DNA of 64,000 nucleotides, taken from the NCBI GenBank assembly GCA_043228905.1, contig JBHGNT010000014.1:5642001-5706000 (forward strand), read 5' to 3'. The notes beneath the pieces are model-generated. The model was not told the DNA's origin and made no database searches. It saw nothing but the letters and a program-made list of their open reading frames with translations. The position numbers and the translations under genes were made by a program. Shown piece by piece: positions 38,690 to 52,350 of this stretch. The DNA is from Azolla caroliniana. Its lineage: Eukaryota > Plantae > Polypodiophyta. Each line of letters opens with the position of its first letter. Position 1 is the first letter of the stretch.

Positions 38690-40304
38690 TTATTAATATC
38701 TGAGCCTCAACCTTCTCGGTGGTATCTTAAGTATGGCACTTAAGTTAGCACTCCCTCTTAGTATGTCAGCATATCTTGAACGAATTGCACTATATGTCAA
38801 GCATGTGAAGAGCAAGTGACCTTCATCCTCTACCATGCCTTCATTGCATACTTTGCATGTCTTCAACTTGTGAGATCAAGTGCGAAGTAGTGTAAGGGCT
38901 CTACGAGCATTACTACTCATATTGGTAATGAGATAAGGTTGGATACGATCAATAGGCATTCTTGCTTTATATTGAGACCAACATTGAGGGTTGACATTTG
39001 CAATGTAGTATTCTAGCTTTGTCCTCTTAACATCTTCCCACTTCATCCTTAATGATTCCACCAACCTTTCCTCAATCATTACATAGTGCATTGCATTGCT
39101 CGAAAGTTCTAAAAGATCATCCAAACCCCATCTTCTAAACCATTTCCTTATGTCAACAACCCAACCGGATGAGAGAATCTTACTTTTATGATTCTTTTGT
39201 AGCTTACATCCAACATTCCAAGCAAGATGTGGTAATCGATGATTCGGCATATTCTTGACTTTTGTAATGTATTTATATACTTTTTGGAGTGCCAATAGTT
39301 CTATGGGCCTCCTTAAAAACATCTTTTGAATTTTCTCAATCTCATTCCATGCATTAAGAGAGATGGTGCCACCCCATACTTCTACTCCATAAAGCAATTT
39401 GGATGGTTTGCACTACCATCATTTTTGTTTTCTCCACATTAACTCCTAGTCCACTACTATGTCAAAATTCTTCTAATACCCCAAGTAAATTTTGCATACT
39501 ATCAACATCATATGAGAAGAGTACCACATCATCTGCATATAGAAGCAATAAGATAACATGTTGCATCAATTTGGGGGCATTGAATCCTTCTTCTCTTGCA
39601 ACCTTATTCATCACTTCTTCTAATTTATCAATACATAAGCCAAAGAGTGTCGGTGATAGTGGACATCCTTGCTTGACCCCCATGTTACTTAAAAAGTACT
39701 TTGAGAATCCACTATCCATTTTTAATTGGCATTTAACTTGTTCATATAGCCGTGCAACAACAACTCGATACTCTAATGGCATGTCAATCTCTACCATTCT
39801 ATTCCAAAGCTCACTTCCTGGTACCGTATCAAAAACTTTCTTAAAATCAACAAAACAACAATAAGGTGTTTTTCCTTGTAGTTGACTCTCTTCCATGATT
39901 ACTGTCAATGTGACCAAATGATCCACAGTGGAGTGTTTTGGTCTAAATCCTGCTTGCCCAAGTGCTCTTTTGCTTGTACTTTTAGCCCATGTGCTTATCT
40001 TTTGCTCCATAATAGTGCTATATAATTTAGCAATAGTTGAGCTCACCATTATTATACGATAATTTGATACTTGATTCTTATCTACGGCTTTCAATATTGG
40101 TTTAATTCAATTCATAAGCCAATCATTTGGAAATCCTTGTTTTATAGCTTGCTCTATAATTGTCATTATACAATGACGACTATGTAGCATTGTCCATTTT
40201 AAAAACTCACTTGAGACGTAGGTTGCATCTGTTGCTTTCCTACTCGCCACCTTCTTTATTCCCTTATTGACATCATCAATATCGATACATGTGAGGGGCA
40301 GCAC
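38690..40304 (-). mobile_element. 5'-truncated RTEX-like LINE (second family)
   Basis: QAGFRPKHSTVDH, GVKQGCPLSPTLFGLCID, LLYADD and LYGVEVWG. Confidence 0.88.
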
Positions 40305-40361
40305 GAGGATTAGGGTTTAGATCAACCCGAGAGGGAGAGTGTCTAAGTGAGAGACAAAGGG

Positions 40362-43300
40362 AGAAAGAAAGAAAGAAAGAAAATTAACGTCTTTTAAGAG
40401 GCCAAAATGGCCTATAAGACCAAATAAGAGATTGCATCTTAAGTGTTGTCTCGTCTTTGAGAACAAATCAAAATAAAATAAATATTACACAGTAAATATA
40501 AAAGTTAATAACATGAAAAGAAAAGAAATGAGGGAATCTGGTTTTTGGCACATGTGAGATCCTCAAGTTAGGTATATTGTAGCTTTTGTCTTCGAAAGAT
40601 CTCTAGCATAGGTCTATCCAGAATGGAAATGTCTCCGAAGCGAGGGAAGCACCTACGATGGCGGGAGATTATAGCTTTTAACAATCGATGACAACGGTGT
40701 CGAGGTCGTGGACCATGGGGCCGAGGCCTACTTGCACTGCAAATTGCCATTGCCCGATCAATTGTAACCCCTTTGTTATGTCCTGGTCTGAAGCCCATTT
40801 GTGTATCCTGGGGTTGACTTCTAGCAGTAGGAGTGATGGGACTAAAGAAAGTTGTGATTGTTCTTTGTGGATGAGCTTGTGCGGTTGTATTCTTCAATAA
40901 CTTTTCGCAATGTCTGTGGAGCTCTAGCAAGAAAAGTCCTAGGCATCGTTGGTCCTCATATTCCATTACCTTGCGTAGTGGGCCAAAGCCTTGTTTAAAG
41001 CGGCAATGGTATCTCCCTCTAATTTCATAAAAGACACTACAATGACAAACATAGTGTTCTTCAAATTCCACTCCTTGATGACACAATTGGCAAATTCTCT
41101 CTTCTAGAGGTAGTCGTGTAATCTGCCCACCTCAATCTGTAGCTGATGTGATGAAGTTCTCAGCTGCCCTATCACACTATGCAACGCATAGGATAGATGT
41201 ATGTCCACATAAGGTGGCCTAATGACGAATCCATCCTCCGATGTATGTAAGAACTGCGTCTTATAGTGGGCCGTCTTTGTATGAAGTGGTATTTTGGGGC
41301 TAATCCATGTTATCTTGTTTTCCAAGTTAATAATATCAGTTCAGATCACTCTATCCTTTTCCACTTTGGTCATATTTAGATGGGGACAGTCCAAGCTATA
41401 TTGGAACGGGGGTAGTGCATTTATACTCATGCCATGTGACTCGAACCATTGCTGCATTTCAGCATACCAACAATGAGTGTCTCCATTTTCAGCCAATTGT
41501 TTTGATGACATAAGTGCCAACCTTGGGTACCTTCGTTTAGGGAGCTCCCAAAGATGTTGGATAAATGTCACTGATCGGAACAACACCTCGGTTATTATAG
41601 GTGCTACTCCCATCTCTGCCCGGATTATATCCTAGAGCACCGACGCTTTGCTCCTTATCATGTGAGCAATCATTGACACTAAAGGTCTCTCTAAATCTTT
41701 CCAATGATTTTCCTTGTTAATACTCAGTCCCCATGTTTCTACTCCATAGAGAAGAGTTGGTGTGACAAGTGTATCAAATAACCACATCTTAGTTCATGGC
41801 TCTTGGAACGGCAAATGTGCACATTGTCTCAAGAGCATCAAGGGTTGCGTATCCACGAGAAAATCGATCACAAGAAGCCTCCTGTAAGGAGAACCTAGGC
41901 CCTATAAATGTTACTCCTAGGTATGTGGAGGAGCATGTGTATTCCACCTTTTCCTCTCCCAAGAATTCTGGTTCTGATCTTGTTACCCATGCTTGACTGG
42001 TGTTAAACACCATCACTTTAGTTTTATCCATATTGATTGACAAACCTTTGTCCATACAAAATAGTTTTAAGGCATTTAGATGTCTTTGTAGTCCCTCCGG
42101 AGAGTCAGAAACCAGCACAATATCATCAGCATATAGTAATATTTGTATAGCTATACCTGCTAGACATGCTCTCGAACCCCTGAATCTCTCTATGTAATGT
42201 GATACCTCATCTATGGAGAGACCGAAAAGAGTGGGTGTTAGTGGGCATCCTTGCTTCACACCGATTGTGTTAGCCACCACCTCCTACAAGCCCTTGGAAG
42301 ACCGCACTTTTTCTGAAACGGATTCACAGAGTGCATAGATTCCCCATTGCATATCTGTAGGAACCCTCAAGGGCTTCTAGCCGCTACATAAGCCGAGCAC
42401 GTGATAGTGTCAAAGGCTTATCGGAAATCCACAAAACAGCAATAAATCCTCTTATTATGGGCTCTGCCTTCCTCAATAAGGGCCCGGAGGGGGAATATGT
42501 GATCCAAAGTTGTGAACCGCTTCCCAAAACCTGCTTGTCCAACTGAACAGCAGCCATTCCGCTCTGCCCATATACTCAATTCTGATTCTAGAATCGAGCC
42601 ATATAGTTTAGCCAAGTAATGGCCAATCATGATTGTCCTGTAGTTGCTTGGCATCATGGGGTTTCCACTCTTGAGGATTGGCACAATGGTATGTTGAGTC
42701 CAGCTAGTAGGCAAACCTTCACACATGGCTTTATTAAAGATGTGTGCTAGCAATGGGAACAAGGTGTCACGGGCATAAATAAAGTGCTCACCCACCAATC
42801 CATCATGATCTTGGGCCTTCCAAAATTGTAGTTGATCACTGGCATTTCTTACATTTTGTGAAGTAAAAAAGGTTGATTCTTTTGGGCAAGAGCCATGTGG
42901 GTGGGGAAGAGGAGGTTGCCCCAGGATATCATATAGAACCTTTGCATATTCATGCCACACCTAAGGTGAGTTCAGTTGTGTGGTAGGTTGCCTCTTATTA
43001 AACATTTTCCATGCCCTTTTACTTTCTTGTCGAAACAAGAGATACAAATGATCTTCAAATTTAGCCAAATACAATCTCTTCTTCTTCCTTACGAGGTGTT
43101 GGAAGGTTGCTCTCGTTTGTTTGTGTGTATGAATGCCCCGTGCATGCATCCTTTACATCGAAGCGTAGATATGCATGATCTGCTGCCAAGCAAATAGGTC
43201 TACCCAATATAGTGAACTCTTTTATTTCAGGTATAAGAGATGGAGATCCCATTAGATAATCGATTGTGCTTGCACCTCCGTTTGGGTTCCAACATGTCAA

Positions 43301-43897
43301 AGCATTTGATCTAGGCCATTGTGACAAGCCATTATAAATCACAAATCCATGTGCACTTCCCAAGGCTAGAAAGTGTTTTCCATATTCAATTATAACACTC
43401 ATATCTTGAGCTTGTCTCTTTGGACCAACCTCTTCTGCCATAACTTCTCCATAAACAGCCTTGTGGGTGTTAAACATAGTTGTTTGTTCATTCTTGGTTT
43501 CACCTAGAGGTGCAAACCTTGAGTAGGCAAGTGGAAAGTAGCAAATTGCAATATATAGCTCCCTAAGATCCCCTATTTTGATTCGTACCCACATGTAGCG
43601 TGCATCTACATCCTTATGGACAACATGCACTCTATCATGGACCTCCTTTTCATATAGCACAGCCACTCCTCCCGAACCTCTAGTGTTTCCTGGTGTCCGA
43701 GGTTGGGGGTGAAATATTAACTCCCATCTATATCATTGTACTTCAGGGAGTTTGCTAGCCATGCATTGGTGGGTCTCTGTATACATAGCAATATCTGTGT
43801 TTTTCAAGGTATCTTCAAAATATCTGACATCTGTCCGTAGACAGCTGTTGCAATTCCATATAGTCATGCGTAGGGTCTCATAGGCCATATATCGTCA
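40362..43897 (-). mobile_element. LINE copy Lb (ORF2 plus 3' UTR and CTTT tail), an inverted homologue of Ld
   Basis: Reverse-complement homologue of about 46125-50031 with internal deletions. It begins exactly at the ORF1 stop / ORF2 start. Confidence 0.92.
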
Positions 43898-44272
43898 TGG
43901 CAATTTGCAGTGCAAGTAGGCCTCGGCCCCATGGACCACGACCTCGACGCCCTTGTCATCAACAGATAAAAGCCATTATCTCCCACCATCGTAGGTGCTT
44001 CCCTCGCTTCGAAGACATTTCCATTCTGGATTGACCTATGCTAGAGATCTTTCGAAGACAAAAGCTACAATATACCTAACTTGAGAATCTCACATGTGCC
44101 AAAAACCAGATTCCCTCGACTCTTTTCTTTTCATGTTATTTACTGTGTAATATTTATTTTATTTTGATTTGTTCTCAAAGACAAGACAACACTTAAGATG
44201 TAATCTCTTATTTGGTCTTATAGGCCATTTTGGCCTCTTAACAGACGTTAATATATCTTTCTTTCTTTCTTT
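43898..44272 (+). repeat. LINE 3'-terminal fragment Lc1 with (CTTT)n tail
   Basis: Matches about 49646-50031 and the reverse complement of 40362-40749. Confidence 0.9.
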
Positions 44273-44620
44273 CCCCATGGACCACGACCTCGACACCCTT
44301 GTCATCGACAGATAAAAGCCATTATCTCCCACTATCGTAGGTGCTTCTCTCGCTTCGGAGACATTTCCATTTTGGATCGACCTATGATAGAGATCTTTCG
44401 AAGACAAAAGCTACAATATACCTAACTTGAGAATCTCACATGTGCCAAAAACCAGATTCCCTCGTCTCTTTTCTTTTCATCTTATTTACTTTTATATTTA
44501 CTGTGTAATATTTACTTTATTTTGATTTGTTCTCAAAGACGAGAAATGTAATCTCTTATTTGGTCTTATAGGCCATTTTGGCCTTTTAAAAGACGTTAAT
44601 ATATCTTTCTTTCTTTCTTT
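44273..44620 (+). repeat. LINE 3'-terminal fragment Lc2 with (CTTT)n tail
   Basis: Second head-to-tail copy of the same 3' end, abutting the 5' end of Ld. Confidence 0.9.
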
Positions 44621-44902
44621 CTCTCTACAGTTAGGGTTTAGGCTCTGTCTGTCTCTACATTTTCTGCAATGTCTGTCCTCTCCTCTGCCTTTTCTGCAAT
44701 GTGAATGTCTGTTTGCGTTTTGTGCAATGTCTGTCCTCTGTGTTTTCTGCAATGCCTGACCCTGTGCGTTTTCTGCCAAACCTGATTCCCTGTATCTTCT
44801 GCCAAATCTATTCCTCTATCCTTTCTACCCAGTAGAAATTTCTAGAATCTATATTGTTCTTTCTGCCCTCAACATCTCCTATACCTGCTGTCCTAAGACA
44901 CC

Positions 44903-45976
44903 ATGGAGTCTGAATGGACCGAAAATGAAAAGATGGATCTTAACACGAATGACGAAGGTCTAGATCCATGGAAGACCCCAAGAAGATATCATAGACGAAA
45001 AGGTAGGGATGGAAGCACCCCGAATAGCATTAGAAGGGCGCACAAGGCACCTAGAATGCAAGCCCCATCCAACATTCCATTTGATGTTGAAAATGGGAAA
45101 CATGATTTATTACACCATTTGATTGCACAAGAGATCAATCTTATTAGAGAAGATATAGAAATAGCACTAAAACAAGAAATGAAAAAGGAGATAGAGAAAC
45201 AGAAAACAAAATTGCATGCCTCTCTCAAGGTTGAGTTATTAGAAGAGATGCGGAAAGACATAATAAGCCATGTGGAGAAATCACACTTAGAGCTCAAGGA
45301 TGACATGACATAATACCTTAAGGATGAAATATCCTCAAGTAAGGTTGAGTTAGGAGCTATAAAAGTCGATTTAGAAAAAGGACAAGAAGTTGTGGAAAGA
45401 TGCATCTCTACAGTGAAAGCCAATGTCACTAAGGAAATGCAAACATGGGCAGACATGGCCAAAGATGCCAAAGCTCAAGCTGAGCACGCCCAAAACGAAA
45501 TTAAAGCAAATGCTCCTTGGATAGAGGTAGTAAAAAAACAAAAAGGAACATCCATGGATAAGATGGCAATGATGAATGCTACATTAGAAGAAGAAGCCAA
45601 GAGGAAAGCTCGTGCGTTGCATGTACAAGTGGTTGGTTGGGCCGAAAAGGGAAGTCCACAAGAAGATGCCAAGAATCTCGGAACAAATATTGGAGCATCA
45701 AATATTCCATTTGCTTCAGCGTGGAGGGTGGGAAGAGATGAGTCTAGAGCTAAAGCCCTTATCATCCGCTTCATGGATATTGACACGAAAAAAGCTTTCC
45801 TCTCTAAAAGAAAGGCACTCAAGGGTGAAAAAATATACTTAGACAACGATCTCACTCCAGCCCAAGTGGCACACCGCAAAGAAAACATGCCACGAGTGCT
45901 TGATGCAAGGAAGGAAGGTAAATGGGCCGTATATAGAGACGGCAAGGTCATTATTATAGAGAAGAGAACCGCTTGA
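44903..45976 (+). pseudogene. LINE ORF1 (coiled coil plus RRM/CTD-like region), one internal stop at 45311
   Basis: In-frame ORFs 44903-45313 and 45392-45976; AWRVG...ALIIRF...LKGEKIYLDNDLT. Confidence 0.8.
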
Positions 45977-46220
45977 CGATATATGGCCTATGAGACCCTA
46001 CGCATGACCATATGGAATTGCAACGGCTCTCTACGGACAGATGTCGGATATTTTGAAGATACATTGAAATAAATGGGCCGTATATAGAGACGGCAAGGTC
46101 ATTATTATAGAGAAGAGAACCGCTTGACGATATATGGCCTATGAGACCCTACGCATGACCATATGGAATTGCAACGGCTCTCTACGGACAGATGTCGGAT
46201 ATTTTGAAGATACATTGAAA
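45919..46220 (+). repeat. Exact 151-bp tandem duplication of the ORF1/ORF2 junction
   Basis: 45919-46069 is identical to 46070-46220. Confidence 0.92.
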
Positions 46221-49200
46221 AACACAGATATTGCTTCGTATACGGAAACTCACCAATGCATGGCTAGCAAACTCCCCGAAGTACAAGGATATAGATGGGA
46301 GTCAATATGTCGCCCCCAACCTCGGACACGAGGAAGCACTAGAGGTTCGGGAGGAGTGGTTGTGCTATACAAAGAGGAGCTCCATGGTAGAGTGCATGTT
46401 GTCCATAAGGATGTAGATGCACGCTACATGTGGATACGAATAAAAAGAGGGGATCTTAAGGACTTATATATTGCAATTTGCTACTTTCCACCTGCTTACT
46501 CAAGGTTTGCACCTCTAGGTGAATCACCATATCTACCACTATATGATGATATCATAAGATTTGCTACTATGGGGGACATAATTAGGAGATTTTAATGCAC
46601 GAACCAAGGATGAACAAACAACTATGTTTAACACCAACGAGGCTGTTTATGGAGAAGTTATGGTGGAAAAGGTTGGTCCAAAGCGACAAGCTCAAGATAT
46701 GAGAGCTATAACTGAATACGGAAAACACTTTCTAGCCTTGGGAAGCAGGCATCAATTTGTGATATATAATGGCTTGTCACAATGGACTGGATCAGATGCT
46801 TTGAAATGTTGGAACACAAAAGGGGGTGCAAGCACAGTAGATTATCTAATGGGATCTCCATCTCTAATACCTGAAATAAAAGTATTCACTATATCGGGAA
46901 GACCTCTTGGCTTGGCAGCTGATCATGCATATCTACGCTTAGAGGTAAAGGATTCATGCACAAAGGATGTATATGCTAAGGAGAGTGAGCTGGCTAAGTA
47001 TCTATTCACTGGCAAGACAATTGATGTGTATAGTTGCAATGTATACAATGGCATGCTAGATTTGGATCCATTCGCACCCCTTGAAGAACTTACCCAAGGT
47101 TTATCCAAGTCATTGCATAAAGCAGCCATAAATGTTTTCCCTCACACAACGGCCAATCCCCCCAAACTCGGTACAGTAATACAAAATAGTTAGTATGATG
47201 AGGAATGCCATGATACAAGGAGATGCTTGTAGCGTGATGTAACTCGGGGCATTTATACACACAACCAAGCGAGAGCAACCTTCCAACGCCTCGTGAGGAA
47301 GAAGAAGAGATTGCATTTGGCTAAATTTGAAGATCATTTGTATCGCTTGTTTCTAGGACAAGAGAGTAAAAGAGCATGGAAAATGTTTAATGAGAGGCAA
47401 CCCACCACACAACTAGCCTCACCACAGGTGTGGTAGGAATATGCAAAGGTTCTATATGATATCCCGGCGCAACCTCCTCTTCCCCACCCGAATGCCTCAC
47501 ACCCACATGAATCAACCTTCTTTACACCACAAAATGTAAGAAATGCCATCCATCGGCTACAATTTGGGAACGCCCAAGATCATGATGGATTGGTCGGTGA
47601 GCACTTTATCTATGCCCGTGACACCTTCCTCCCATTGCTAGCACACATCTTTAATAGAGCCATGTGTGAAGGTTTTCCTACGAGATGGACTCAACATACC
47701 ATTGTGCCAATCCTAAAGAGTGGAGACCCAATGATGCTAAGCAACTATAAGACAATCATGATTGGCCATTACTTGGCTAAACTATATGGCTCGATTCTAG
47801 AATCAGAATTGAATATATGGGCAGAGCAAAATGGTTGCCGTTCAATTGGACAAGCAGGCTTTCGGAAAGGGTTCACAACTTTGGATCACATATTCACCCC
47901 CCGGGCCCTTATTGAGGAGGGCAGAGCCCACAATAAGACGATTTATTGCTGCTTTGTGGATTTCCGAAAAGCCTTTGACACGGTGCCACGTGCTCAGCTT
48001 ATGGAGCGGCTAGAAGCCCTTGGTGTTCCTATAGATATGCAATGGGAAATCTATGCACTCTATGAATCTGTGTCAGGAAAAGTGCGGTCTTCTAAGGGCT
48101 TGTCAGAGGAGGTGGCTAGCACAATTGGCGTGAAGCAAGGATGCCCACTATCCCCCACACTCTTCGGTCGCTATAAAGATGAGGTATCACAGTACATAGA
48201 GAGATTTGGGGGTTCCAGAGCACACCTAGCAGGTATAGCTATACAAATATTACTGTATGTTGACGATATTGGGCTGATTTCTGACTCTCCGGAGCAACTA
48301 CAAAGATATCTAAATGCCTTAAAACTATTTTGTACGGACAAAGGTTTGTCAATCAACATGAATAAAACTAAAGTGATGGTGTTTAACACCACTCAAGCAT
48401 GGGTAACAAGATCAGAACCAGAATTCTTCTTGGGAGAGGAAAAGGTGGAATACACACGCTCCTACACATACCTAGGAGTAACATTTACAGGACCTAAGTT
48501 CTCCTTACAAGAGGCTGCTTGTGCCCGACTTTCTCATGGATATGCAGCCATTGGTGCTCTCGAGAGACAATGTGCACATTTGCAGTTCCAAGAGCCACAG
48601 ACTAAGCTATGGTTATTTGATACACTTGTCACACCAACTCTTCTCTATGGAGTAGAAACATGGGGACCGAGTCTTAACAAGGCAAATCATTGGAAAAATT
48701 TAGAAAGACCTTTAGTATCAATGATTGCTTGCATGATGAGCAAATCATCGGTGCCCCCCAATATAATCCGGGCAGAGATGGGAGCAGCACCTATAATAAC
48801 CGAGGCGTTGTTCCAATCGGTGACATTTATCCAACGTCTTTGGGAGCTACCTAAACGAAGGTACCCAAGGTTGGCACTTATGTCATCAAGACAACTGGCT
48901 GAAAATGGAGACACTCATTGTTGGTATGCTGAAATGCAGCAATGGTTCGAGTCACATGGCATGAGTATAAATGCACTACTCCCGTTCCAATAGAGCTTGG
49001 ACTGTCCCCACCTAAATATGACCAAAGTGGAAAAGAATAGAGTGATCCGGACTGATATTATTAACTTGGAAAACAAGATAAAATGGATCAGCCCCAAAAT
49101 ACCACTTCGTACAAAGACGGCCCACTATAAGACACAGTTCTTACATACATCGAAGGATGGATTCGTCATCAGGCCACCTTATATGGACATACATCTATCC

Positions 49201-49809
49201 TATGCGCTGCGTAGTGTGATAGGGCAGCTAAGAACTTCATCACATCAGCTACAGATTGAGGTAGGCAGATACACACGACTACCTCTAGAAGAGAGAATTT
49301 GCCAATTGTGTCGTCAAGGAGTGGAATCTAAACAACACTATGTTTGTCACTATAGTGTCTTTTATGAAATCAGAGGGAGATACCATTGCCTCTTTAAACA
49401 AGGCTTTGGCCCACTACGCAAGGTAATGGAATATGAGGACCAACGATGCCTGGGACTTTTCTTGCTAGACCTCAAGAGACATCGGGAAAAGTTGTTGAAG
49501 AATACAGCCACACAAGCTCATCCACAAAGAACAATCACAACTTTCTTTAGCCCCATCACTCCTACTAATCCTATAAGTCCATCATGGGATACACAAATGG
49601 GCTCCAGATCAGGACATAACAAAGGTGTTACAATTGATTGGGCAATAGCAATTTGCCATGCACGTAGGCCCTGCCCCCATGGACCACGACCTCGACACCC
49701 TTGTCATCGACAGATAAAAGCCATTATCTCCTGCCATCTCAGGTGCTTCCCTTGCTTCGGAGACATTTCCATTCTGGATCGACCTATGCTAGAGATCTTT
49801 CGAAGATAA
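46134..49809 (+). pseudogene. LINE ORF2 endonuclease-reverse transcriptase (disrupted)
   Basis: IWNCNG, YTETH, STVDY, ADH, QAGFRKG, GVKQGCPLSP and LYVDD, with several stops and frameshifts. Confidence 0.92.
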
Positions 49810-51649
49810 AAGCTACAATATACCTAACTTGAGAATCTCACATGTGCCAAAAACCAGATTCCCTCGTTTCTTCTCTTTTCATCTTATTTACTTTTATATT
49901 TACTGTTTAGTATTTATTTTATTTTGATTTGTTCTCAAAGACAAAACAACACTCAAGATGTAATCTCTTATTTGGTCTTATAGGCCATTTTGGCCTCTTA
50001 AAAGACGTTAATATATCTTTCTTTCTTTCTTGAGATTTTCATCTCTGACAAGCAGATCTTTGTTCAGGCCTTTACACCTAGGGCACTCATGAAATGTTAC
50101 TAGTATGCTCCATGCATATGCCTTTTATTTGGGTTAGTTACTAATCATACCTATGCCCTGAGGGAAGGTTACAACTAGTTTTCTCTAGTATGTTATATGT
50201 CTATCTTATGCTGATTAGCTGTCTAAATTATGCTGTATTCCAGCCATGCTGTTTGTGAGCTTGCATTTGCTGCAAATATCATCAGCCTGTGTTTTGAGTC
50301 ACATTTCTCTTGCCTTCCCTCGTCGTAATTAAATTTTCCTATGACATGCTTGATAACCAACTGCTTCTATGAGGAATTTCGCAGTAAATATAATGCAAAA
50401 TGGATCCTCAAGTCTGGAGAATAGAAACGTTAGCTTCAAAGTTTCCATTGCATCATAAATTATTCCTTGTAGCCCTGAGCCCTGAAACCCTTAAATATCA
50501 TGCCACATTATCTCTTGTTCATATCTGCTACTGCGTTCCATTATGGAAGCGAATTGGATCACAGTTTAATTATGTGAAATCAACATAAACCCCCAGATTT
50601 ATAGCTGATATGAAATTTCAGCAAGTAGGGATCACCATAGAGATAATATGGATGTGCCTAAGAAAAGGAAAAGTGTCCCTACAGATAGTTTCCGCAGGGT
50701 AGAACGTGCAGGGATGCAACTTCCATGTAAGAGCATTGAAAAACTTGAGTTAAATACCCCATTATCCCTGAATACTCTTCAAAACTCACATCCGCATCTG
50801 ACAAAGATATTCCGGAACACTCCTCAAATTGCAGAAATCTCAATATGGATCAATAAAAAATCAACTCCCATAGAGTATTGAAAACTTATAAGACTTTCAG
50901 TGGTATACTTATACACACCTGACTATATTGCAGTAACCTTCTGCACCAATAGTATCTGCAGATATGAATGCTACTACACCTCTCTTAGCTAATGCCTTCT
51001 TTTCATCTATGCTTTTTAATTTTGCGCTAGCCACAGTGGACAAAACAAATGCAGCGTATAACTCACTTCCAGCTTCAAGATCATTAAGGTACTCAGCATC
51101 TCCTGTCACCTGAAGGTTACTAATAAAAATAAGAAAAAGAAAAGAGACAGGGCCATCGTTTTGTTACGACCTACAAATATTACTTACGACCTACAAATAT
51201 TACTTTCCTACAAATGCATCACCACATGTAGAATACATGATCAAACTGCCTAGGCCTCACTACCCATGGCAGTAATGCATTGTTTTCGTCTTGTCGTTGG
51301 TTAGAAACTAGGATCTTTCTAATTCAGCAGGCAAAATCCATTTACCAGTTATTTACTTGCCAAGGTCCTACAGAGGAATGACAACTTGTGAGGGGAATCT
51401 CTCCATCTTAACCTATCACTTCCCCAGATATATTAGAGGAGTATTAAACTACATTATATAATGTACCAGAGCATCCACATGTACCACATCCATTCATCCC
51501 CTGCTCTCACACATATTTACATAAAGTATTGACAAGGAGTCTATTGATAGGTTGCACAGGAAGTGTGCAAAATCATGATGGTCTAGTTGCAGAACATTTC
51601 CTACATTCCTAAGAAGTGACTAGCTATTGGCCTTAATTTTCAATAGAGA

Positions 51650-51960
51650 AATGTATGAGGGCTTTCCTGAAAATGATTGTGCCTTCCCTCAAGTTGGGAG
51701 AAGCTGCCTTGACACTATTATGATAAGTTACTCACTGGCCAAATTGAATGCATCCATACTCTAGATTATGAATTTGCAATAAGTGCTGTCATAGAGGAGG
51801 GTAGAGCCCACATTCGAAGGATTCAGTGTTCCTTTATAGATTTCCACAAAGCTTTCAATGCAGTCCCAAGAGCAAGATCAATTCACTCGTTGCCACATTT
51901 GGGAGTTCCTCAAAATGTCTAATGGGGAATATCCTCTCAGTTATGCATTAAAGAGGATAT
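51650..51960 (+). mobile_element. Old LINE RT fragment
   Basis: Translates AVIEEGRAHIRRIQCSFIDFHKAFNAVP, similar to the Ld RT. Confidence 0.7.
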
Positions 51961-52129
51961 ACGGGCTGATCCACTCACGTTGTACCTCTCCTAGATATGT
52001 ATTTATGTATTTCATCCTTCCGTCATCTGCATTACCTGTATCCATGGTTCCTATACCTTGTAATTGACCACAGACTATTACAGATGGAAGTTACCATAGT
52101 TCACATACAATTTTATTTTTGTTTTATTT

Positions 52130-52350
52130 TAGCACACTTCCATAAGATTTACTTGGATTAACCATCGGGTCACGTAGCCTACTTTGGCCTTTGATAAGAT
52201 ATTAATATAAGATTTCATGATAAGATAAAAAAAGGCAAAGAATCTTGTTATTGGTACATGTAAGATTCTTGCATTGAACTTTGAGAAGACTTATGATCAG
52301 GTGAATTGGAGTCTCCTCAAGGGAACTATGAAATTTATAGGTTTTCATGG
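52130..52350 (+). mobile_element. Old L1-type RT fragment
   Basis: LALNFEKTYDQVNWSLLKGTMKFIGF resembles the L1 motif LDFEKAYDRVxW. Confidence 0.6.

Larger units (their letters stand above)
44621..50031 (+). mobile_element. Full-length RTEX-like LINE Ld (5' UTR, ORF1, ORF2, CTTT tail)
   Basis: Repetitive 5' UTR, ORF1, and ORF2 with APE, RT and a C-terminal LRTSSHQLQIEVGRY...CQLC...H motif. Microsatellite tail. Confidence 0.93.

Noticed and set aside
40362-44272. Classic twin-priming 5' inversion
   Set aside because: The inverted part carries its own 3' UTR and tail, so at least two template molecules are required.
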